DNA of 64,000 nucleotides from Candidatus Multivoradales bacterium (GCA_965223325.1 CBDCWI010000002.1:3136001-3200000), one strand, 5' to 3'. Shown: positions 20,075 to 29,986, numbered from the stretch's first letter. The notes: generated by a model not told the origin, from the sequence alone. Translations and numbers: made by a program.

Positions 20075-21454
20075 ATGACGTGCACCCTCCATCGACGCAC
20101 CCTCCGCGGAAGGCCTGGCCGCCTCGCCTTGGCGGTTGTCCTGGCTGTCTGTTGGTTCGGCGCCCAGGCAGTCGCTGCCCAGCAAAGCGTACTCGGACCC
20201 GACGGGCAGGTTTTCAGGGCGCGCACTGGAACCTACGGCGAGCTCTTTCCGAACGGTCACGAGACCAACGCTTCCGACCCGGTCGTAGCTCTAGAAATCG
20301 TCGATGACAACGCCATCGAGCGCATCGCTGTCCCGGCGAGCCTCGACGACGCGATCGAGGGCAACCCGTCGATTCTTCTCGACACCGCCGGCGATCGCGA
20401 CACGCTCTACCTGGTGTGGACGAGCACTCTGCGCTCGTACTACAGCCGAGTGGTCATCGTGGCGCGTGAGAACGGCACCTGGGGTGAGCCAATCGAGATC
20501 TCCGGCGACCCCTTCACCTCCAAGGGTCCCGCCCGTGTCGCCGTCACCCGCGACCAGCTCGAACGCGACGGTGAGACCGTCACCCGTACCGTCCTCCACA
20601 CCGTGTGGTGGGAGAACGGCGGCGAACACGGTTCGCAGGTGGCCTACGCGCCCATCGTCCTGGTTGACGGCGCAATGAGCGGCATCAACGATCTCTACCG
20701 CCTGAACCCTTTCGGCCCCGAGGAGCCGGTTGACGCCGCCCTGCCCTCAGACGCCCTCGTCCAGGCGCCCGCCATCATCGCCGGCAACGGCCACAGCACG
20801 ATCGCAGCGTTCGCCGACGCGCGCACCCGGCGCCTCGTCACCTTAGAGCTCAGCCCCATTCCGGCAGCACTCGAAGTCGTCGGCGATGGCCTGCATGAGT
20901 TTCTTCGAACTCAGGCGGCCAGGACCTGCCAGAACGGCGGCACCGAAGCGCTGATCGCGGCGGGCCGCAACTACATCACCGAAGCGGCTACCGCTCTCCA
21001 CCCGAGTCTTTCGTTGTTTCTCGCCGCTTCGCTCGCCGATCACCTGGCGGATGCGGGCTGTCCAGAAGCCAACGCCTCCAACGACGAGCTCGAGGCGATC
21101 GCAGAAGAAGGTCGCTCGCACATCATCCTGATCGGAGCGCGCACCTCTTCTGAAGTGCGGCTGGATCGCGGGCGCTCGCACATCATTCTGATCGGCGTTC
21201 GCGAGCGCGCTCGCTACCAGGGCGCCGTTCGCCGGCTCGAAACCAGGCGCGCGCCAGGCACCGGCAACGCCCCTACCGAGATGCTCCTGTCGCGCGATGG
21301 GTCGCGCGTCCTGGTTGCCTGGCAACCGACCGCTGACCGCATCCACTACCGCGAGTCGGAAGGCTCCGGCTGGAGCCAGGTCAACCGCCTACAGCTCGAC
21401 GACGAGTTGACGCTCGAACAGGCGCGCCGCGTGCTGGTCGAACGCATCCAGTAG
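20075..21454 (+). CDS. secreted hypothetical protein with tandem GRSHIILIG repeat
   Basis: signal peptide; beta-rich N- and C-terminal parts with a helical insert; starts 7 bp after the TPR stop. Confidence 0.75.
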   Translation: MTCTLHRRTLRGRPGRLALAVVLAVCWFGAQAVAAQQSVLGPDGQVFRARTGTYGELFPNGHETNASDPVVALEIVDDNAIERIAVPASLDDAIEGNPSILLDTAGDRDTLYLVWTSTLRSYYSRVVIVARENGTWGEPIEISGDPFTSKGPARVAVTRDQLERDGETVTRTVLHTVWWENGGEHGSQVAYAPIVLVDGAMSGINDLYRLNPFGPEEPVDAALPSDALVQAPAIIAGNGHSTIAAFADARTRRLVTLELSPIPAALEVVGDGLHEFLRTQAARTCQNGGTEALIAAGRNYITEAATALHPSLSLFLAASLADHLADAGCPEANASNDELEAIAEEGRSHIILIGARTSSEVRLDRGRSHIILIGVRERARYQGAVRRLETRRAPGTGNAPTEMLLSRDGSRVLVAWQPTADRIHYRESEGSGWSQVNRLQLDDELTLEQARRVLVERIQ

Positions 21455-21485
21455 ACGCCACAAGGTCCCCGGCGGGGGGAGCGTC

Positions 21486-22850
21486 TCAGCTGCCGGCAGC
21501 GAGACGATCGCCGGCCGGTGGGCGCCAGCTGAGCTCGCGCCGAAGACGTTCGCGCTCGGCCTCGAAGGCCGCCCGTTGGGCGTCGTCGATGGGTTCGGCG
21601 GGTGGATTGTCATCGGCCAGCCGGAGGGGGTCCATGTAGCGCCCGTTGCGCTTGACGCGGTAGTCGAGGTGAGGGCCGGTCGCGAGACCCGTCTTGCCGA
21701 CGTAGCCGATGACCTGCCCCTGGACTACCCGCGCACCGCGACTGATGCCTTCGGCGTAGCGCGACAGATGCAGGTAGGCGGTTTCGAAGCCATTGGTGTG
21801 GCGTACCTTGACGACCTTGCCGCCGCCCTTGTCCCAGGCTGCAAACGAGACGGTGCCGCTCGCCGTCACGCGTACCGCGGTTCCGACCGGGGCACCGTAG
21901 TCGACCCCATAGTGCGGCCGATAGGTCTTGAGAACCGGGTGGAACCTGCGGTTTGTGTACTTGGAGGTCACCCGCGAATAGGGCAACGGAGATCGCAGGA
22001 ACTGCTTGCGTAGCGGTCGGCCCTCGGCATCGAAGTAGGCGCCGTCTTCACCGAAGCGGTAGGCCTCGAGCTGCCTCGACCCGTTCTCGTAGACCAGGGC
22101 CTCAACCGAGCCGACCCGGTGAAACTCGCCGTCGAGCTGGATCTCCTGCCACGCCACCCAGAACCGATCGCCAGCACGTAGGTCGCGGTTGAAGTCGATA
22201 TCCCACTGCAGGACGTCGGCCATCGCCAGGCTGAGGACAGCCGGCGCACCCGCCGCCCGTAGAGAACCCTCGAGTGACCCTTCGAGGGCCCCGAACGCGA
22301 CCCGTTCGGTCACCGAGCGTTGGAACGGCTCCACCTCGGGATGCCATCGCTCTCCACGCCTCTCGATGTGCAGCTTGCCTTCTTCGGCGATCGTCCAGGA
22401 AATCAGTTGCGGCTCGTGGTCTTCTGAGTGCCAGACCGCATAGTCGTCGCCGGCGCGCAAGGCACGCGGGTCGATCACCCTGGCGACGGCGCGCCCGGCC
22501 TCGACAACCGCCTCACGTTCCAGCCCCGCCCGCTCGAGAATCCGTTCGATGGTGTCTCCGCGGGTGAACTGAGCCACCTGCGGCACCATCGACTCGTCGA
22601 TCTGGGTCGCCAACCTGGGATCGCCGGGGCTTCCACCACCCCAGGGCACCGTCACGGTCATCGGGTAGGGCGACGCCGCCATCGTCTCGAGCCTGTCGGT
22701 CGCTGCGACCAGAAGACCAGAGACAGCCGCTAGTCCGGCCAGCACCCCGAGCCGCAGCCCAAGAGAAGGCGAGCGGCCTGGGCGCTCAACTACCGGAGAT
22801 TGTTGTGGCTGGGAAGCGGGTTCTGTCGTCGAGCGCTGGGCTGGGTCCAT
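21486..22850 (-). CDS. M23 family peptidoglycan DD-metalloendopeptidase (MepM-like)
   Basis: HYGVDYG, YLHL and TGPHLDY motifs; N-terminal TM anchor. Confidence 0.92.
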   Translation of the reverse strand: MDPAQRSTTEPASQPQQSPVVERPGRSPSLGLRLGVLAGLAAVSGLLVAATDRLETMAASPYPMTVTVPWGGGSPGDPRLATQIDESMVPQVAQFTRGDTIERILERAGLEREAVVEAGRAVARVIDPRALRAGDDYAVWHSEDHEPQLISWTIAEEGKLHIERRGERWHPEVEPFQRSVTERVAFGALEGSLEGSLRAAGAPAVLSLAMADVLQWDIDFNRDLRAGDRFWVAWQEIQLDGEFHRVGSVEALVYENGSRQLEAYRFGEDGAYFDAEGRPLRKQFLRSPLPYSRVTSKYTNRRFHPVLKTYRPHYGVDYGAPVGTAVRVTASGTVSFAAWDKGGGKVVKVRHTNGFETAYLHLSRYAEGISRGARVVQGQVIGYVGKTGLATGPHLDYRVKRNGRYMDPLRLADDNPPAEPIDDAQRAAFEAERERLRRELSWRPPAGDRLAAGS

Positions 22851-22986
22851 GTGGCGTAGCTCTCTCGTTGCCGACTTGAAGAAGAGCCCACAGGGGGCCC
22901 AACATTCGCCGGCAGGGGGTGCCAGCAGCCCAGCAATCTAGCACAGCCAGAGACCTCGAACGCGCCGCCTGGGACCCGTAACTCGC

Positions 22987-23466
22987 TCAGGGAGAAAGAC
23001 CTGCGGCCTTCAGGGTCGCCGCGGTGTCGGCCGGTAGGGGGCCCGCGTACTTGACCGTTCCACCCTCGAGAACGACCAGTCCCGGGAGGGCGGAGACAGC
23101 GTGTCGCTTGGCGAAGTCGCCGTTGGGATCGAGCAGCAGCCCGGCCTTCGCCTGGTTACCGACAAAGCTCCTGACCGCAGAGGCTTCTTCCTGGAAGGCC
23201 ACCAGGCTCACCTGTGCCCGACCGCCGAGCGCTTGTACGAGGTCGTTGGACGTCGCCACGACGCCACGGCAACGCGGTGACCAGGAGGCAAAGACCACGA
23301 GAACCTGCGTGCCACTCGAAAGCGAGGATGCAGCCGAGGCGCCATCGAGGCTGGTCAGGCCCTCGCCACTGGCAAAGAGGCCGCCAGGAGCGAGCAAGAG
23401 AACCAACGCCGCCAAGAGAATCCCAAGGCCTGATCCAGCCTTGTTCACTTGCTTCCAGGGCTTCAT
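22987..23466 (-). CDS. exported TlpA-like thioredoxin-fold protein with SxxC motif
   Basis: VVFASWSPRC, LLDPNG, ALP cis-Pro loop; GGAGG RBS before ATG at 23466. Confidence 0.75.
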   Translation of the reverse strand: MKPWKQVNKAGSGLGILLAALVLLLAPGGLFASGEGLTSLDGASAASSLSSGTQVLVVFASWSPRCRGVVATSNDLVQALGGRAQVSLVAFQEEASAVRSFVGNQAKAGLLLDPNGDFAKRHAVSALPGLVVLEGGTVKYAGPLPADTAATLKAAGLSP

Positions 23467-23557
23467 CGTTTCCTCCCCGCGAGGTCGCCGCGGTCGTCTC
23501 TTCTTTGGCAGGAGCACAGAGCGCCCGCCATCGACGAACTCTGAATCGAAACTGAGG

Positions 23558-23797
23558 TTACTGCGGCTGACTGTTGCGGTGCTCGAACCCGGTGAGGATT
23601 CGTAGCCGCAAGCGGCTCGGCGCATCCACGCGGCCGCAGCGCTCCCGCACCACCTCGAGGAAGCGCCGCACGTAGACAGCTTCACGAGCGCAGTCTTGGC
23701 AAGTCTCGATCCGCCCGCGTACCTCTGCGGCCAGGTCATCGTCCAACTCGCCGTCTGCAGCTCGAAAAAGCAGTTCGGTCATCCGTTCTCGCTCCAT
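23558..23797 (-). CDS. RsrA-like (zf-HC2) anti-sigma factor with degenerate ZAS motif
   Basis: DGEL...RIETCQDC...AP.RLR.RI; GAGG RBS; downstream of an ECF sigma. Confidence 0.75.
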   Translation of the reverse strand: MERERMTELLFRAADGELDDDLAAEVRGRIETCQDCAREAVYVRRFLEVVRERCGRVDAPSRLRLRILTGFEHRNSQPQ

Positions 23798-24064
23798 GAT
23801 CCCACCTCATCATCGCCAGTACTGCGGCTTCTGACGGTTCACTGGGTCTCGGGCAAGCTTCGTTCGGGTTCATGGCACCCTCGCGGGGAGGGTGCGCCCA
23901 TGGGGAGTTTCGCAAATCCAGGGGCCCGGACGGGCGTTCTGCCTGAGACAAATCGTCCTTACAGGTCCCTAGAACCATGTCGCTTCCACGCTTATTCCTG
24001 CAGGCTGACCGAGAGCGGCGAACGACTTTGCCGCCCCTCTCGGGGTTTCCTCGCCGGCCCTCGG

Positions 24065-24682
24065 TCAGGATGCCGCCTGGCGACTCCGCATCTTGCTGGG
24101 TTCGCCTTCGATGTAGCCATGCTGCCGGGCATAGTCGAGCATGGTTTTCTCGAGCTGGCGGCGGCCCCGGTAGAGCCGGCTCATCACCGTCCCCAGAGGA
24201 ATGTCGAGGATTTCGGCGATCTCCTTGTAGGAGAAGTCCTCGAGATCGGCCAGGAGCACCACCATTCGATAGTCCTCGGACAGACCATCGAGGGCTCGCT
24301 GCACATCCTCGTCGAGCACGTGCTCGAGCAATTCCTCTTCCGGGTTGAGGTTGCGCCGCAGAACTTCGTCGGAGACCCGACTCTCGAAGATGTCCTCGAT
24401 CTCTGAGAAGGCGCTCTGGACGGGGCGGTTCTGCTGCTTGCGGTAGTTGTTGATGAAGGTGTTCTTGAGGATCTTGAAGATCCAGGCCTTGAAGTTCGTG
24501 CCTTCCTGGAACTTGTCGTAGTACTTGTAGGCCTTGAAATAGGCCTCCTGCACCAGGTCCTCGGCATCCTGCGCGTTGCGCGTCATGCGGTAGGCCGTGT
24601 TGTACAGGCTATTGACGAACGGCATCGCCGCCGCCTCGAAATCCCATCCGGTCTTGTGGTCTGCTGTGTGTTGCTGCGTCAT
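24065..24682 (-). CDS. ECF RNA polymerase sigma factor (SigR/SigH-like)
   Basis: DAEDLVQE, GTNFKAW, FSYKEIAEILDIPLGTVMSRLYRGR. Confidence 0.92.
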   Translation of the reverse strand: MTQQHTADHKTGWDFEAAAMPFVNSLYNTAYRMTRNAQDAEDLVQEAYFKAYKYYDKFQEGTNFKAWIFKILKNTFINNYRKQQNRPVQSAFSEIEDIFESRVSDEVLRRNLNPEEELLEHVLDEDVQRALDGLSEDYRMVVLLADLEDFSYKEIAEILDIPLGTVMSRLYRGRRQLEKTMLDYARQHGYIEGEPSKMRSRQAAS

Positions 24683-24990
24683 GGTCTCTACCCTCCCGCG
24701 CCGGCCCGTCGATCAGTAAGGGGCGTTGGTTGCCCCGCTCCGGGGCCGTCGCTCACCCCCGTATAGAGCATGTTCGGTGCCAGGCAGGAAACGGATCCGC
24801 CGAGGACGGCGAGCAGGTCAGGAACTCCAGTTTTCAGGGCTTCCCAAGCCTTGCCTTACGGGCACCAAACCCCCACCAGACCTCTCTTGAGGACGTCCCG
24901 TCACCAGAATCGGAGGCCAAAAAGTCAGGGCCCAACGGGCCTCGACATGCCGTCTCGGCACGTTCGCTGCCGCCAGACACCCAAACACAA

Positions 24991-25030
24991 CAAAAGCCGG
25001 TCGACCTCGACGTGAGGTGACCGGCTTCGT
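24991..25030 (-). terminator. terminator downstream of atpE
   Basis: AAGCCGGTC...GACCGGCTT stem followed by T-rich run on the minus strand. Confidence 0.6.
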
Positions 25031-25078
25031 TCGGGCGTGCTGCCCACTTTTCGGGAAAACCCGAAGAGGCGTTGGGGA

Positions 25079-25402
25079 CTAGCCCCTCATCAAGAACACC
25101 ATGACCCAGGTGAAGATGACCAGGGATTCCATGAAGGCCAGCGCCAGCAGGAGGGCGGTCTGGATGGCACCGCCGGCGCCCGGGTTGCGGGCGATACCGG
25201 CAGCGGCTTCGCCCGCCGCGCGGCCCTGGCCGAGGGCACCGCCGGCAGCGGCGATTCCCAGGCCGAGAACGGCGAGACCGAGGCCGAGGCCAATGCCTCC
25301 ACCGTCACCGCCAGCCTCGGCGGCCATGGCAGGCATCGAAAACAGCACGCTCAAAAAGGCGCTGCTGATGAGAATGATCGTGATTCGCGACAACTTTCGC
25401 AT
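25079..25402 (-). CDS. atpE: ATP synthase F0 subunit c
   Basis: GxGxG helix, ARNP loop, FMESL carboxylate; N-terminal leader. Confidence 0.95.
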   Translation of the reverse strand: MRKLSRITIILISSAFLSVLFSMPAMAAEAGGDGGGIGLGLGLAVLGLGIAAAGGALGQGRAAGEAAAGIARNPGAGGAIQTALLLALAFMESLVIFTWVMVFLMRG

Positions 25403-25531
25403 CGGTGGTGTTCCTCCGGTTGCACGACCCCCTGAGCCTGGACGGGCGCCTCGGAGGCACCTGTCATGGCTGCGGTTGTGTGCGTTCTATCGTGAGCGTA
25501 CTGAGACGGGTGTGCAGGGCGACACCCGGGA

Positions 25532-26266
25532 CTAGTGATCCTCGGCTTCGGCGCCGGCAATATACAACGTGGTGAGCATGATGAAGATGAACGTCTGGAT
25601 GAAGGCTGCAAACAGCCCCAGCGCCATCAGGGGAAGCGGCAAGAGAAAGGGGATGAGAGCAGCAAAAATACCGACCGCGACATGCTCACCGAAGATGTTG
25701 CCGTAGAGACGCAGCCCCAGCGAGAACAGCCGGGCGGCATGACTGATGATCTCGATCGGCAGCATGAGCGGCCACAGCCACATGGGCGGCGGGCCCGGGC
25801 CCAGGAACTGCTTCAAATACGAGAAGCCGTGCTGCCTGACCCCCATCAAGTGGTAGATGACGATCGCCGTCGCTGACAGCGCGAAGGTCACGCTGGCGTT
25901 CTGGGTCGGCGGTTGAAGAAAAAAGAACCCGCCGCTCAAGTTGGACAAGAAGATGAAAACCGCAAAGGTACCGATGAGCGGCAAGAACCGCCTTGCCCCG
26001 TTGTGCGGTATCGCATCATCGAGCATCTTCGCCATCGCTTCGAAGACGACTTCGATGACGTGCTGGATCTTGCCCGGACTCTCTTTCTTCAGTGAGCGTG
26101 AAAGCGGAATGAAGACGGCAGCCGCGAAGGTCACTACCGCGAACGACATGACCACGTGGTCGGGAATGTCGACCTGGCCGAAGCGCGCGTCGAGCCCGGT
26201 GGCCGAGAGAATACCGTCCCAGGCAGCGTTCACCGGCTCGTAGAAGATGGAGTGCTGGCCCGCCAT
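25532..26266 (-). CDS. atpB: ATP synthase F0 subunit a
   Basis: PIEIIS..RLFSLGLRLYGNIFGEH, IQTFIFIMLT; start near 26266. Confidence 0.95.
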   Translation of the reverse strand: MAGQHSIFYEPVNAAWDGILSATGLDARFGQVDIPDHVVMSFAVVTFAAAVFIPLSRSLKKESPGKIQHVIEVVFEAMAKMLDDAIPHNGARRFLPLIGTFAVFIFLSNLSGGFFFLQPPTQNASVTFALSATAIVIYHLMGVRQHGFSYLKQFLGPGPPPMWLWPLMLPIEIISHAARLFSLGLRLYGNIFGEHVAVGIFAALIPFLLPLPLMALGLFAAFIQTFIFIMLTTLYIAGAEAEDH

Positions 26267-26345
26267 GATGGTCGCTCGTGTCGTCGTCTGGGGTAAAGAG
26301 GTGGCGGACGTTCCCTTGGCCTTTCGGCTGCGAGGCGCGCTCCGC

Positions 26346-26762
26346 TTACGGTTTCTGGCGTATCTGTTTGGCTCTCTGGGCCTCACCTCTCGCCACCCGC
26401 AAAACCGCCTCCGCAACCAGCCCGATGGGGATAACTGCAAAGCCGAGCAGGATGGGAAGGAGGCTTGCCTGAGCCCGGCCTGCGTACAGCATCAAACCAA
26501 CGAGACCGAACAAGAAGCCCAGCCGGAGCAGCAAGAGCAGGCTGTTTCGGGCTCCAAGCCCGCCACTAGGGCGCGGTTCGAGGAGCGAAACCTGCAGCTG
26601 CAACAGCCTGAAATTGACGATACTGAGCACCGCTGAGAGTGTCAAGACGAGGGCCCCCCGAAAGCCCCAGCGAAAAGCGGCGAAGGCAGCACAGAGAAGC
26701 GCCGCCAGAACGGCAAAGCGAACGATCCGACGAACCTCGGCCGCACCAGCCAGGACCATCAC
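26346..26762 (-). CDS. atpI: ATP synthase protein I
   Basis: four-TM hydrophobic ORF between atpZ and atpB, translationally coupled to atpZ. Confidence 0.75.
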   Translation of the reverse strand: MMVLAGAAEVRRIVRFAVLAALLCAAFAAFRWGFRGALVLTLSAVLSIVNFRLLQLQVSLLEPRPSGGLGARNSLLLLLRLGFLFGLVGLMLYAGRAQASLLPILLGFAVIPIGLVAEAVLRVARGEAQRAKQIRQKP

Positions 26763-27091
26763 TCAGCTCCCCGCTCACGAGGTTGAGCCGGGTGCTCGGC
26801 CGAAGGCGGGCCATCGGAGACTGGATGCGAGAGTCGCTGCACCGTCTTCCAGACGTTGTAGAAGCCAGCGACAATGCCGAAAGCGAGGCCGACGAGCTCT
26901 CCCGTTCGCTCGTACTGCGGACCGATCAAGCCCGCCAGAAAGCCTCCCGCCCAGAAGCCGATCACCACCGCGATCGGGATCGACAAACCGACGCTGCTGA
27001 GATCGAGCGTTCGGTAGCGTTTTGCGGCCCGCGCCCGCTCTTCGGCGGACCTGCGATCTGTTGAGGTGTCGTTCATCGGGTGGTTGACCAT
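26759..27091 (-). CDS. atpZ: AtpZ/AtpI family (ATPase gene1) protein
   Basis: SSVGLSIPIAVVIG..G...GL.FGIVAGF two-TM pattern at the head of the atp operon. Confidence 0.75.
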   Translation of the reverse strand: MVNHPMNDTSTDRRSAEERARAAKRYRTLDLSSVGLSIPIAVVIGFWAGGFLAGLIGPQYERTGELVGLAFGIVAGFYNVWKTVQRLSHPVSDGPPSAEHPAQPRERGAE

Positions 27092-27195
27092 CCGTCATCT
27101 TACGATGTCGACCCGCACGAGTCGCCCGTTCTCTCCCTCCCGCTCGGCCCCGCCGACCAAAGGCCCGAGGGGCCCACCGTGCTAGGTTTTCGCGC

Positions 27196-28314
27196 ATGCC
27201 GAAGCCCAGTGGCCATTCGCTTGAACCGCCCGCGAGTCAGCCGGCAGACGATGCGACCGGCGCGCTGACAGCCAAGAGGCTCCGGTCCTGGGTCGAGCGC
27301 ATGAAAGACCAGCCGGTCCTGGTCGTGGCGGATCTCGTTCTCGACCGCTTTCTCTACGCTGAACCGCGCCGGGTGAGCCGCGAAGCACCGGTGCTCATTC
27401 TGCAGCACGAAAGGGAAGAGGCCGCGCTCGGCGGCGGCGCCAACGCGATTGCCAATCTCCATTCGCTGGGCGGCAGGCCGCTACCGATCGGACGCATAGG
27501 TACCGACGAGCTCGGCCGGCGTCTGATGACCGAAATCGAGGCGAAGAACCTCGAGGTCGCCGGCATCTACCGTGACCCCGAGTTCACCACGCCGAGTAAG
27601 ACCCGGGTTCTGGCTGGGGCTCCGAACACCCGCAAGCAGCAGGTCATGCGCTATGACCGGGGGACGCCGCAGCTCCTCGACGATCGCGCCCTCGAGGCAC
27701 TCTCCGAGCGCATCGCCGGACAGGCGGGCCGGGCGTCGGTCGCGGTGTTTTCAGACTATGGCTACGGAGCGGTCGACCCACGCCTTCTGCCGGTTGTACG
27801 CCAGGCGATCGGTGCAGACGGGGTAGTGGTCGTCGATAGCCGCTACGACCTGTTGCACTTCGAAGGACTCGACGGCGCGTCGCCCAACCTCGACGAGGCC
27901 GAGGCAGCACACGGCGAGAGACTCGCCACCGAAAAAGCCCTCGCCGCTGCGGGTCCTGTGCTGCTCGAACGCCTCGGTGGACGCTTCCTTTTGATCACCC
28001 GCGGAAGCGCCGGCATGGTTCTCTTCCAGAAGGGCCAGCCAGCGGCGTTTCTTCCAGCCTTTGGTAGTCACGCGGTAACCGACGTCACCGGCGCTGGCGA
28101 CACCGTCATTGCCACCCTGAGCCTGGCGCTCGCGGCCGGTGCCAACCCAATCGCGGCCGCTACGTTGGCCAACATCGCCGGCGGGCTGGTCGTCGCCAAG
28201 CCGGGGACTGCCACAGTTTCGGCAGAGGAAATCGACCTGGCCATAGGAACAGAAGACGGCGCGCAGCTTCTCGCGACCATGGCCGGCAAGCGCAACGGTG
28301 CCCCGGAGAGCTAG
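27196..28314 (+). CDS. hldA: D-glycero-beta-D-manno-heptose-7-phosphate kinase (RfaE domain I, PfkB family)
   Basis: RVSREAPV, GGGANAIAN, SDYGYG, DVTGAGDT. Confidence 0.88.
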   Translation: MPKPSGHSLEPPASQPADDATGALTAKRLRSWVERMKDQPVLVVADLVLDRFLYAEPRRVSREAPVLILQHEREEAALGGGANAIANLHSLGGRPLPIGRIGTDELGRRLMTEIEAKNLEVAGIYRDPEFTTPSKTRVLAGAPNTRKQQVMRYDRGTPQLLDDRALEALSERIAGQAGRASVAVFSDYGYGAVDPRLLPVVRQAIGADGVVVVDSRYDLLHFEGLDGASPNLDEAEAAHGERLATEKALAAAGPVLLERLGGRFLLITRGSAGMVLFQKGQPAAFLPAFGSHAVTDVTGAGDTVIATLSLALAAGANPIAAATLANIAGGLVVAKPGTATVSAEEIDLAIGTEDGAQLLATMAGKRNGAPES

Positions 28315-28317
28315 CGC

Positions 28318-28791
28318 ATGCCAGTTGTCGATCTCGAGCGAATGAAGATGGAGCGCCAGGCGCTCCGCGACACAGGGGCGACCCTGGCGTTCGCCAATGG
28401 TCACTTCGACCTTCTCCACGTTGGTCATTTGCGTTACCTCGCCGCGGCAAGGGCCGAGGCCGACAGCCTGTTGGTCGCGATCAATGACGATGACTCGGTC
28501 GAACGCCTGAAGGGTCCGGCCCGCCCCATCGTGCCTGCCGACGAGCGCGCCGAGTTGCTGGCGGCCTTGCGGCCAGTTGACTGGGTCGTGGTCTTCTCGG
28601 GCGACTCGCCGGGTCCCTTGCTCGAGGAGCTACAGCCCGAGGTTCACTGCAAGGGTCCCGACTACGGCTCTCCCGAAGAGGTCCCCGAGTACTCCATCGT
28701 ACGTGCCTATGGCGGTCGCACGGCACTGGTCGGGGATCCCAAGGACCACGCCACCAGCGACCTGATCTCGATCATCAAGGCGCTACCGTGA
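28318..28791 (+). CDS. hldC: heptose-1-phosphate adenylyltransferase (RfaE domain II)
   Basis: ANGHFDLLHVGH, LKGPARP, KGPDY. Confidence 0.88.
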   Translation: MPVVDLERMKMERQALRDTGATLAFANGHFDLLHVGHLRYLAAARAEADSLLVAINDDDSVERLKGPARPIVPADERAELLAALRPVDWVVVFSGDSPGPLLEELQPEVHCKGPDYGSPEEVPEYSIVRAYGGRTALVGDPKDHATSDLISIIKALP

Positions 28792-28828
28792 GCTCTCGCG
28801 GCTCGAGGCCTCCAACGGAGAGCGAGGG

Positions 28829-29881
28829 ATGAGCCCGAAGGCGGAAGGGGTCCGCCGTCGGATCTTGATCGTCCGCACCTCGGCGCTCGGTGACATCGTC
28901 CAGTCGATACCGGCCTTGACGACGCTTCGCCGGAGGCAGCCCGAGGCCAGGATCGCATGGGCCATCGACGCGCGTTTCCGCTCGCTTCTCGAGGGTCACG
29001 CCGACCTCGATGAGCTGATCAGCATTCGGACCCGCGCGCCAAGCAAGGGCCGACCGGGGGCGCTCGGCGTTTGGCAGAAGGCGCGCAAACGGCTGCGTGC
29101 GTTCGCGCCCGACACGGCGCTCGATCTGATGGGAAACTGGAAGTCGGCCGCGCTGTGCCGGCTGTCCGGCGCGGGAGTTCGCATCGGCCTGGCGAGAGAG
29201 TTTCGCCGTGAGCCGGCGAGTGCCATGCTCTTGAACGAGTTCGTAGAACCCCGCGGTGAACACGCCGTTCTCCGCTCGCTGGCACCGGCCGAAAGCGAAG
29301 CCCTGGGCGGCGAACCTCCCACCGAGGACGTCGACTTCGCTGGCAATCGCCTGCTCGATGCGGGAGCCCTGCCGTTGGGGTGGCCTGAGGGACGCATCGG
29401 CCGCGCGGGCTTCTTCGTCATCCATCCGGGAGCTGGCTGGGCGAACAAGGAGTACCCCCCGACGTGGTGGGGAGCGGTCGCCCATCATGCTCATGAGGCA
29501 ACCGGAGCGATGGCCCTGGCGGTGACCGGCCCCGGGGAAGAGCACCTGGGAGAGGCTCTGGCGGAGGCGAGTCAGGGAGCCGCGCTCCATCTGCCGGTTC
29601 CCGAGCTGCCGGCAGTCGCCGCCATTCACCGCCAGGCGCGCCTGGTGCTTGGCGGCGACACCGGGCCGGTTCACCTGGCGCACGCGCTGGGAACCCCTGT
29701 TCTATGCCTGATGGGTCCCACCGATCCGGCGCGCCACGGCCCCTGGCAGTCACCGGACTCGGTGTTCACCAGAGCCCTGCCCTGTAGCTATTGTCACAAG
29801 CGCCTCCATCGGCCTCGCATGTGCTTGCTGCAACTCGGTCCCGACGAAGTGGCAGCGGCCGCAATCGAGCGCTTCCGCTAG
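28829..29881 (+). CDS. LPS heptosyltransferase, GT9 (WaaC-like)
   Basis: ILIVRTSALGDI, HPGAGWANK, GGDTGPVHLA. Confidence 0.88.
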   Translation: MSPKAEGVRRRILIVRTSALGDIVQSIPALTTLRRRQPEARIAWAIDARFRSLLEGHADLDELISIRTRAPSKGRPGALGVWQKARKRLRAFAPDTALDLMGNWKSAALCRLSGAGVRIGLAREFRREPASAMLLNEFVEPRGEHAVLRSLAPAESEALGGEPPTEDVDFAGNRLLDAGALPLGWPEGRIGRAGFFVIHPGAGWANKEYPPTWWGAVAHHAHEATGAMALAVTGPGEEHLGEALAEASQGAALHLPVPELPAVAAIHRQARLVLGGDTGPVHLAHALGTPVLCLMGPTDPARHGPWQSPDSVFTRALPCSYCHKRLHRPRMCLLQLGPDEVAAAAIERFR

Positions 29882-29986
29882 CCTCAGAGCCTCGGCCAGG
29901 TCAGACCGGTAAGCACCGAGAGTGCCACTCTTTGCAACCCTCCGCGCCGCCAGCTGAGCCCGTCACACAACACTTGGCCCGCGCCG

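Noticed and set aside
23736-23978. 80-aa ORF between the sigma and anti-sigma genes
   Set aside because: No recognisable motif, Pro/Arg-rich composition, and an out-of-frame overlap with the anti-sigma gene.
25079-25260. Na+-coupled ATP synthase (Q...ES in subunit c)
   Set aside because: The full Na+ signature needs E-S-T and a downstream Tyr. Here it is ESLVIF, like H+-coupled FMESL c subunits.
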